Shown in pieces: positions 6,563-13,563 of a DNA stretch of 18,408 nucleotides (within the stretch, counting starts at the first letter, position 1; every line of letters starts with the position of its first letter). The notes beneath the pieces are model-generated. The model ran no database searches and was not told the origin of the DNA. It was given only the letters and a program-made list of their open reading frames with translations. The position numbers and the translations under genes are program-made. The stretch spans positions 1 to 18,408 of IMG/VR virus record IMGVR_UViG_3300045988_016268, one strand, 5' to 3'. The DNA is from a virus.

Positions 6563-7200
6563 GGTCGCACCCCTCTGTTCTCGAAGTTCGATACGGTCGG
6601 GTTGCGCTGAACATACTTGGCGTCCGCGTCGCCCTCGGTCAGGTAAATGTCTGCCGGTTCGCCCTCGGGGATACTCTTGCCGTAAGGGAACTGCGAACGT
6701 CCCGGAAAATCGCCCGGCACGCAATTGTCTACAGCGGTTGCGCGTAAATCATATTCACGCGCGGACAACCCCAGAGCGTCGTACATAGATGCCTTAAGCT
6801 CCATGTCATCATAATCCCCCCAAAACAGTCCATGATTACGGGCGTTATCGTACATTCCATCAAGAACTGTTTGCAGGGCGTCCTGTCTGCCATATACCGG
6901 CGACCACGCTAAACCTGTGACATGCGACTGTTCAATAAGTCTGATAAGTTCTTCGCGTAGAGCGGCCATCTGCTTGAGCAGATTATCGGCCATATTCTTG
7001 ATGTCCTGATTATTGGCGTCAATCGCTTTGTTCACCGACTCAACCAAGGTGTTGAAGTCGGATTGCAAGGTGTCAAGATTATGGCGTAGGCATTCAATCA
7101 ACTGCAATGTCGTCAGTCCGTCCCGATAGGTGAACGGAACGGACGTGGGCACCCCGTCAAACAGGCGTTGCCGTGGAATCAGCGCGTTAATGGCAACCAT
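6559..7200 (-). CDS. Tail or appendage structural protein with a central coiled coil (function inferred from position)
   Basis: ATG 7200 is preceded by GGGAG, 2 nt after the upstream stop. A heptad-like segment reads LQSDFNTLVESVNKAIDANNQDIKNMADNLLKQMAALREELIRLIEQ. The gene lies between the lower collar and the fibres. Confidence 0.5.
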   Translation of the reverse strand: MVAINALIPRQRLFDGVPTSVPFTYRDGLTTLQLIECLRHNLDTLQSDFNTLVESVNKAIDANNQDIKNMADNLLKQMAALREELIRLIEQSHVTGLAWSPVYGRQDALQTVLDGMYDNARNHGLFWGDYDDMELKASMYDALGLSAREYDLRATAVDNCVPGDFPGRSQFPYGKSIPEGEPADIYLTEGDADAKYVQRNPTVSNFENRGVRP

Positions 7201-7202
7201 GA

Positions 7203-7997
7203 TTACTCCCATTCTCCGTAGTTATGGCAGTTACTGAAAATAGTATCATACGAGCCCCATATCTGCATGAAACACGGTTCGAGACTCCGCACGACTTCCA
7301 TATCCACATTGATAATCGCATTGCGATATTCGGTAATGAGGCTCATTGCAGACTGAGACCGGCCCGACGTGTGGGATGAACTCCTGCCGTCTGTCGCGTC
7401 ATGTTGCCATTCCGTGCTTGACGTGCTATGCGATTGCGACGTGGTGCCTTGCGTGCTATGGCTACTGCCGTCCGTATCCGCTTGCGCCTGATTGGCGTGA
7501 GTCGCATACCGAGCGAAGTCGCCTTGTACACCTGTTGCCGGAACCTCAGAATCATATGACTGGGACTTGGTGCTACTTGAACTAGTGCCGTCCGATATGC
7601 TTTTGGTCGAACTATCCTGAGACGCGCTGGTTTTGCCGCTGGACTGGGCTACCGTGTTGGATGTGTTTTCACTGGTCATTTCCACGGTGTTCAGCGGGTC
7701 GTATTTCAATGCTAGCGTCCGATAACGCTCATTAAAATACGGCATGATTTCCGCCATCGTCATCCCCAAATAGAAGATGAATTGTTGCGCGGTTTCCTGT
7801 CCTATCTCCCTAAGCGCGTAATGACGAACGATTTTCCCGTTCAATTCGGCACGATGGTTCTCATCGTAAATCGGGTAATAGTCGGCGCTGAGATGCAGTT
7901 TGGCGTCCGTGTCGTAGCCCAATGCAATGAGGTTGCCGAGGGTCTCAGTATACTCCCCCGGCGTTGCCATTGCATAGGCGCTAAAATCCTGTGCCAC
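7203..7997 (-). CDS. Lower collar protein (phi29 gp11 position) with a Ser/Thr-rich internal region
   Basis: GTG start at 7997 is preceded by GGAGGTG and shares 1 nt with the portal stop. The gene lies directly downstream of the portal, and its size (264 aa) is close to gp11. The call rests mainly on synteny. Confidence 0.55.
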   Translation of the reverse strand: MAQDFSAYAMATPGEYTETLGNLIALGYDTDAKLHLSADYYPIYDENHRAELNGKIVRHYALREIGQETAQQFIFYLGMTMAEIMPYFNERYRTLALKYDPLNTVEMTSENTSNTVAQSSGKTSASQDSSTKSISDGTSSSSTKSQSYDSEVPATGVQGDFARYATHANQAQADTDGSSHSTQGTTSQSHSTSSTEWQHDATDGRSSSHTSGRSQSAMSLITEYRNAIINVDMEVVRSLEPCFMQIWGSYDTIFSNCHNYGEWE

Positions 7998-8947
7998 TAT
8001 AATACACCTCCGATACCTGCATCATACGAGGCGGGCATATCGATATCAGTCGTACCACTGGCGCTGGAATCCAGCGCGTTAGGTACGCCGGAGCTTTGCG
8101 CGTCCGCATACTCAACCCAGACATTAAGAGATGGCCACAAACGGTTTATTTGGGTTGCCGCCTCCTGCCGCGCCTTGAGAAAACTCAGGCGGAACACGTC
8201 CGTTTTCTCATTGGCCTGCGCCACCTCATCCGATATGAGCCGTTCCTTTTTCTCGGTGCCGCTGGACTGGATGCCCAGATACCCCAGTACCTCGTTGGTC
8301 ACTTGCGTTTTCTGCTGGATGAACTTGTCCAACAGGTACGGGGTGGTGTTGGGCCACGGCTGGAACATGCTACCGGGGTCAAGCGAATCATAGCCGACGA
8401 TATAGTCCTGCCCGTCCTGCCGCTGTTGTAGCATGTTCTGCACGGTCAGCTTGGTACGCGGGTCGGCGGTGATAATGGTCGGAAGCTTCAGACTCTCCAA
8501 GTTCACATCATACGCCTTATCAATATCGGCAAGACGCCGTGCATACTGCCATAGAATATCCTTGAAACTCATGCGCATACGATTATCCCAAATGGGGATG
8601 CACTCCCGGCCCGCCTTGAGTTGCTTGTAATGATAGTTGACTCCGACCGGCTCGAATGAGGTGGGGTTATTATACACGTTCAGCCGGCCTTGATATCCGG
8701 CCTGCGTGGCGAGGAACCTGCCGATACGTTTGTCCTCGAAAAACAACGCGCAACCGTATTCACACAGACACATTTCCAACCATCGTTCATCAACGGTGGG
8801 CGGCAGTCCCCGCCAGCTGAACCGGTTCAACGCCAGTTCCTCCAGCAAATGATAGTACATTGCATCAAGGTCGGCGGCGCGCGCCTTCGCGTAGTTGCCA
8901 CGCGGATGCAACGCGCCCCCGACCCGATTTCTTTTAGACCTGCTCAT
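7997..8947 (-). CDS. Portal / upper collar connector protein (phi29 gp10 family)
   Basis: 316 aa. The N-terminus is basic. [33 protein letters not shown] parallels phi29 gp10 [54 protein letters not shown] parallels [21 protein letters not shown] (phi29 sequence recalled from memory). Confidence 0.88.
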   Translation of the reverse strand: [316 protein letters not shown]

Positions 8948-8959
8948 ACTACCATCATA

Positions 8960-11212
8960 TCACTCATAACTGATGCCCGGCAGTGGATCATTGTCCGCCA
9001 AATCGGTCATTCCGATATCATCAGGACTGTTCCATACGGTAGCCCCAGACTCGAACACGCCCTTGATGGTCTGCCGATACTGCTCGGGCAAATCACCTCG
9101 CACATAGCATTCTTGCATTTGCCAATATGAGAACTTGGTCATACATTCCAGCGATTGCGGCGGCGTGATGAAACGCTGGACAAAATACCCGTAGCGTAAC
9201 ATGTACTCTCCGACGCTACGCAGAGCTGAGGGTGCGCACGTCTTGAATCGAACCAACACCCCGACAATGCCGTTTGCAAGATTGAATCCGTCTCCGCCGA
9301 TAGCACCGGACGTGGTAGGGGGCGTCAACTGCATTTGCTGGACTTGCGCATTAATCCCGGCGATAGTGTTTTGGTAGTCGCCAAACGCGGAACGTTGCGC
9401 GTAATCCGCGTTCATATCCGCCATATTTTGGGCCAACTGGTTTGAAAGCGCTGTAGTCTGAGAGCCATACGTGTTGGCTTGACTTGTTGTGGCCGCGTTA
9501 GTACTCAGTGAATTGGCAGTGGAAAGTTGGGCGGCGGTATTGTTGATACTGCGGTTCGCTTCGGTGTTTACACCATTCATGACAGCACCGCCTAATGCCG
9601 ATACCGCGCCCCCGACATTACCTGAAGCGGCGTTACCCGCCACCCCGACCACGCCGTTAACCACGTTATTCAGCTGTGCGAGGTCGGCTCGCTGATTGTT
9701 GATATACGTCGTGTTGTCCAGTCCGGTGTTAAGAGCTGTCGCTTGAATTGCGTTATTGGCGTTGCGGTTGCCGATAGCGAGTTTGTTGGCTTGGGTATTG
9801 TACTGGTTTTGCATGGCCGTGGCCGCAAGCGATTGACTAATGCCCATCTGCGCTTTTTGATATGTCCAGTCAGCTGACTGCTGATTATAGGCGCGAGTGT
9901 AGGCACTGTTTGCCATTGCCAACTGAGCACCATTGTTGACTATCACAAATTGAGGGAAATTGCTGATACCAAACGCGGCGTCCAACATTTCTCCGTTATC
10001 AATGGGCAACCCATTGTTTTTATCAAGAGGAGCAATCTCGCTTGCGCCCGCCTTATTGTACCCAACCGGGTAAAAGTTCAAGCGCGCGCCATTGGGTGCG
10101 TAATTATGCACCTCTCTAATAACCAGATTATCGCTTTGGATATTTTCGGGCTTATAGGTGATATTTGTACCGTTCAAGCAAGTGCATTCGACAGTGGAAT
10201 AGGGGTAGCATTTGAGTTTTTTAAGGTTTTTATAACGTTTAGGGATATTAAAATTATCACGAAAATCATTAATGGTAATAATGTCTTCATATCTGCTGGG
10301 CGCATTTGTGGCCGACTGGGGGAAACGGTAGATACGATCATTTAATTCCGGGGGGAGTGTTCTCCCAAATAGCTTATCTACGACATAGCCAGATTGCTTA
10401 AGAAAGTCATCGTCTAAAGAGGGTATCATATACATGTTTACAATACCCTGTGTTATCCATGAAAAAGTAGAGCCAACACCCATAAACACTCGGATAGACT
10501 GGATGTCCTTAAAGTACAGTATTTCAGCACCATTGGCCATGTTCTCAAACAGAGAGCCGCCCGCAGTAGTGAGAGACGGTTTTTCCTGACTGCCCGCGTC
10601 CGCTGACAAATCTACCGTGCTCACGACTATTACGCCGTAATTCAGATTTTTCCCGTCCATGCTGATAAGAGACTTGTACTGTTGGTTTACCGTCACCATT
10701 TCGCTACCGGTGTCCAGCCCTTCGGGTAGTGCGAGATAACTGCGGCCATAGTCGGTCATCTGGTTTTCGTTGGCAATGCCGATATGGCCTCGCACCACAT
10801 AACATGAGCCGAACCTAAGCACATGCTGGAATGACTGCCAAACGTCCAACTGCACGGTGAGCTGAGTAGTGTATGCATTGATGTAATCCACGTGGTTGAT
10901 AAAGTAATACCAATATCGCGGCGACTCCAAGTCGGGATAATCGTTATACACCACGACATAGTTGTAGTTGGACGCCTCGTTGAATGGCAGTTCGACGCGC
11001 ACGGGTTGCCCGAACATGTGCATGACTCCATGTACCCTGTCAACACCGGGCTGTCGGGCAAACCATTCCTGTTGTTTCTGCGGTGACTCGAACCGGGCTA
11101 GGTCACGGTAACTGCTATCCCACGGCACGTTACAGAGTTTCAACGACGTGTTTGGCGTCCATTGCGCCCAGTTAAACGTCGCCTCGACGTTAGGGTTGAT
11201 ATCTCTCAGCAT
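8960..11212 (-). CDS. Tail knob / distal tail tube protein (phi29 gp9 family), enlarged to 750 aa
   Basis: The N-terminal region (CNVPWDSSYRD...QQEWF...YWYYFINHVDYINAYTTQLTVQLDVWQSF) parallels phi29 gp9 (DVPFSNDYKNT...NWF...KWFYAFVTELEF...EIDVLQTW). The gene lies between the capsid and portal genes as in phi29. It contains an Asn/Gln/Ala/Thr-rich region with a Gly/Ala/Val hydrophobic loop. Confidence 0.8.
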   Translation of the reverse strand: MLRDINPNVEATFNWAQWTPNTSLKLCNVPWDSSYRDLARFESPQKQQEWFARQPGVDRVHGVMHMFGQPVRVELPFNEASNYNYVVVYNDYPDLESPRYWYYFINHVDYINAYTTQLTVQLDVWQSFQHVLRFGSCYVVRGHIGIANENQMTDYGRSYLALPEGLDTGSEMVTVNQQYKSLISMDGKNLNYGVIVVSTVDLSADAGSQEKPSLTTAGGSLFENMANGAEILYFKDIQSIRVFMGVGSTFSWITQGIVNMYMIPSLDDDFLKQSGYVVDKLFGRTLPPELNDRIYRFPQSATNAPSRYEDIITINDFRDNFNIPKRYKNLKKLKCYPYSTVECTCLNGTNITYKPENIQSDNLVIREVHNYAPNGARLNFYPVGYNKAGASEIAPLDKNNGLPIDNGEMLDAAFGISNFPQFVIVNNGAQLAMANSAYTRAYNQQSADWTYQKAQMGISQSLAATAMQNQYNTQANKLAIGNRNANNAIQATALNTGLDNTTYINNQRADLAQLNNVVNGVVGVAGNAASGNVGGAVSALGGAVMNGVNTEANRSINNTAAQLSTANSLSTNAATTSQANTYGSQTTALSNQLAQNMADMNADYAQRSAFGDYQNTIAGINAQVQQMQLTPPTTSGAIGGDGFNLANGIVGVLVRFKTCAPSALRSVGEYMLRYGYFVQRFITPPQSLECMTKFSYWQMQECYVRGDLPEQYRQTIKGVFESGATVWNSPDDIGMTDLADNDPLPGISYE

Positions 11213-11233
11213 ATTATCCCTTTCACAAAAAAT

Positions 11234-11265
11234 AAGGGGAGTGTTTCACGTGAAACACTCCCCTT
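11234..11265 (-). terminator. Intrinsic terminator after the major capsid gene. It is a 32-bp perfect palindrome whose tip is copy 2 of GTTTCACGTGAAAC.
   Basis: aaggggagtgtttcac pairs with gtgaaacactcccctt and every pair from 11234 to 11265 was checked. On the minus strand it is followed by attttttgtgaaa. It lies 8 nt after the capsid stop at 11273. Confidence 0.85.
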
Positions 11266-11272
11266 TATTATA

Positions 11273-13003
11273 TCATGCGGTCACGGTCACGCTCTTCTTG
11301 CCGGATACGCCGAACAATGTGGCGGTGATGTCGGACGAGCCTTGCTTGACGCCCGTCACAAGGCCCGACTCGGACACCGTGGCGTTGCCCGGGGTACCGG
11401 ACGTCCATGCGGCCTGCATGGTAACGTCGGCGGTTCGCCCGTCAATCATGGTCGCCTTAGCGGTCGCCTGCGCCGTATGGCCAACGGTCGTGCTCGGGAC
11501 GGTTACGGCAATGGATGCGATAATCGACGGGTTGAATCCGATGACACCATCACCGACCACCGGCACGTTCAGGGCGGCGGACACGGTGCCCGGCACCTCA
11601 GGTGTCGCCGGATTCGTATACAGCGCGGTTGCGGTAACCGGGATAGTGGTGTTCGGTTCGTCGAGTCCGACCACCAGTACGCCGGTGGGCGAAATATAGG
11701 TGTAATCGCTCTTCGACTTAACGGTGTCACCGATAGCGTACTCAACCGCGTCCGAACGGAACGTGGCCGTGCCATCATTACTGATAGTCGTATCGGCGGT
11801 GACCTGCACAGCGCCGCCACGCGCCACATCCTTCGGCGTAGTCGCGCCACCGCCATACATGGCAAGCTTGAGTTGGAAGGTCGGCGTCTCGGCCACCGTA
11901 CCGCTCGGAGCCACCACGTTGGCGGTGGAACCCGCGCCCGTCCAGAACATCACGGCCGGGGCGAAACCAGACACCGAAATAATGTGCTGGACGTGCAGAT
12001 AATGGTTGACCGAGTTGATGTTCACCGGGTTCGTCTGCTGGGTCATCTCGTTAATGACAGGAATGTCAATCAGGAACTTGTCAGTAGTAAGAATGGCTTG
12101 CACGCCATCCATACCGAAACGGTCCTGCGGAATGACGATAATCCGGTCGATGGTCGGTTCCGCGTCCGTACGCTGGAACACCGTGGCGAGGCCCTGCACG
12201 TCAAGCGCAGACTTGACTTCAGGCGAACAGAATAGTACGAGTTCGTCGGGGCGGGCGAACGTCGGCATGTGACGCGCATTGTATCGGGTGGAAACGAATT
12301 TCAGCGTGTCGGCCCATGCGCGAATCTGGCGCAACATGTCGCGCGCGTCCGTTTCCGTCGAACCCATGTCGTTAAGGTCATGCTCCATGTGGACACGCCA
12401 ATATCCGCCGAGCTTCGCATACTCGACAAACTGGTGGCACATAGCCTCGAACAAGTCAACCTCGGCCGCATTATAGCAGGAGGTGAGAATCTGCGAGGTG
12501 AGCGAGGCCAGACCGGTTTCGGAGGTGAACGCACGTTGGAGTGTTTTATCCTCCGTGGTAGCAGGGTAGAAGTGGGTAAAGTCAAGACGGTGGTAGAGGC
12601 TATCCACGTCGATTTTCCATTTGCGGAAATTGTCCGCGCCCAAGTATTCCGCGTCCGGGTCGTACACCTGTGCGAGCGGCATACCTACGGCGATTTCCTG
12701 CCACGTGTCGCCATACGCCTGAGATGCGCGCTGGAAAACACTCAGCGGGTTGTTCCAACGCCACGTGTTCACGTAAGTACCGCCGATACGGTTCACCAAG
12801 GCCGAGTAAAACTCGTTCTTAAGCTGGGTGCTGGACATGAGGGTGGCCATCTGGCGGTCCATGTTCATCTGAGTGGCCGAAGGCATACGCCTCTGATACT
12901 CGGGAGATGCCTCATTGCGAATCATGTTGAGAATCTGGGCGTTATTGAACTCGGTGAGCGGTCGCAACTGCTGCTTCGGCGTCGCCACTGGAGTGGTTGA
13001 CAT
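11273..13003 (-). CDS. Major capsid protein (phi29 gp8-like) with C-terminal Ig-like Big_2 domain(s)
   Basis: 576 aa. A strong AGGAAGGA RBS precedes the start. The gene lies directly after the scaffold gene and before a strong terminator. The C-terminal IASIAVTVPSTTVGHTAQATAKATMIDGRTADVTMQAAWTSGTPGNATVSESGLVTGVKQGSSDITATLFGVSGKKSVTVTA is a typical Big_2 fold signature, as in phi29 gp8. Confidence 0.85.
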   Translation of the reverse strand: MSTTPVATPKQQLRPLTEFNNAQILNMIRNEASPEYQRRMPSATQMNMDRQMATLMSSTQLKNEFYSALVNRIGGTYVNTWRWNNPLSVFQRASQAYGDTWQEIAVGMPLAQVYDPDAEYLGADNFRKWKIDVDSLYHRLDFTHFYPATTEDKTLQRAFTSETGLASLTSQILTSCYNAAEVDLFEAMCHQFVEYAKLGGYWRVHMEHDLNDMGSTETDARDMLRQIRAWADTLKFVSTRYNARHMPTFARPDELVLFCSPEVKSALDVQGLATVFQRTDAEPTIDRIIVIPQDRFGMDGVQAILTTDKFLIDIPVINEMTQQTNPVNINSVNHYLHVQHIISVSGFAPAVMFWTGAGSTANVVAPSGTVAETPTFQLKLAMYGGGATTPKDVARGGAVQVTADTTISNDGTATFRSDAVEYAIGDTVKSKSDYTYISPTGVLVVGLDEPNTTIPVTATALYTNPATPEVPGTVSAALNVPVVGDGVIGFNPSIIASIAVTVPSTTVGHTAQATAKATMIDGRTADVTMQAAWTSGTPGNATVSESGLVTGVKQGSSDITATLFGVSGKKSVTVTA

Positions 13004-13026
13004 GATGAGAAAATCCTTCCTAATTA

Positions 13027-13368
13027 TTAGTCTTCAAACAAATCATCGAATGTACTGTAGGTGCCGTTGTAGTCATCGTCGGTCATTTCCGTGGCATTCG
13101 GTTCTTCGTCGCCGTTCGGCCCATCGTTCAGCACGCGGTCGGCGGCGGCGTCGCGCATCTCTTCAATGGTTTTGGAGAGTTCGGCCACGGTCGCCTCCAA
13201 GGCGCTGAGACGGTTGGCCATGTCGGCGTCCTTGTCGTCGCCCGCGTCTTCCGGTTCGCCGTCATCCTGCGTTTCAGGCTCCGGGTTCGGCGTATTGTCG
13301 TCGGCGGTCGTGTCCGGCTCGGTGTCGGGCGTGGTGTCCGGCTTATCGTCGGTTTCGGTGTCGTCCAT
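13027..13368 (-). CDS. Putative scaffolding protein (phi29 gp7 position), extremely acidic
   Basis: 113 aa. The RBS is AAGAGG. A central helical segment reads ANRLSALEATVAELSKTIEEMRDAAADRV, and both tails are Asp/Glu/Thr/Pro-rich. The gene lies immediately upstream of the capsid gene. Function is assigned by position and composition only. Confidence 0.55.
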   Translation of the reverse strand: MDDTETDDKPDTTPDTEPDTTADDNTPNPEPETQDDGEPEDAGDDKDADMANRLSALEATVAELSKTIEEMRDAAADRVLNDGPNGDEEPNATEMTDDDYNGTYSTFDDLFED

Positions 13369-13388
13369 AATTACCTCTTAAAGTAAGT

Positions 13389-13416
13389 GGCATGACGGCA
13401 ATCACGCCGTCATGCC
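13389..13416 (-). promoter_or_regulatory. Perfect 11-bp stem hairpin between the polymerase and scaffold genes
   Basis: ggcatgacggc (13389..13399) pairs with gccgtcatgcc (13406..13416) around the loop aatcac. On the minus strand it ends about 20 nt before the scaffold ATG and is followed by acttacttt, a weak U-tract. It could be a terminator, an attenuator or the 3' end of a small RNA. Confidence 0.55.
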
Positions 13417-13554
13417 GGTTTGCTAGGCTGTGCGGGTTCCCTCGCCGTCGCTGGGCGTTGGCTACGCACGTCTACATCCGACCGAATCGCCTTACCGACT
13501 TGCCTCACGGTCGGGCCATCGAATCGACTTGGGACGCACACCCCGCTACCGACT

Positions 13555-13563
13555 ATTATAGCA
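13555..13563 (-). promoter_or_regulatory. Extended -10 promoter element TGCTATAAT overlapping the polymerase stop codon (candidate late promoter)
   Basis: The minus strand reads tatgcTATAATagtcgg, a perfect TATAAT with TGn immediately upstream. ATGACG is a weak -35 candidate 15 nt upstream. The predicted start is near 13548. Confidence 0.4.

Noticed and set aside
6563-6724. 54-codon N-terminal extension of the fibre 2 ORF (MRAGRFSGTF...)
   Set aside because: It overlaps the preceding gene in another frame and is Arg/Gly-rich with no RBS. The internal ATG 6562 has an RBS and an ATGA overlap, and it begins exactly at the N-terminal motif shared with fibre 1.
11162-12235. 357-aa plus-strand ORF antisense to the major capsid gene
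   Set aside because: It is Arg/Gly/His-rich, as is typical of antisense frames in GC-rich coding DNA. It lacks an RBS and lies entirely within a confidently assigned capsid gene on the other strand.
12269-13000. 243-aa plus-strand ORF antisense to the N-terminal half of the capsid gene
   Set aside because: The reasoning is the same: an antisense shadow ORF with no start context and no recognisable motifs.
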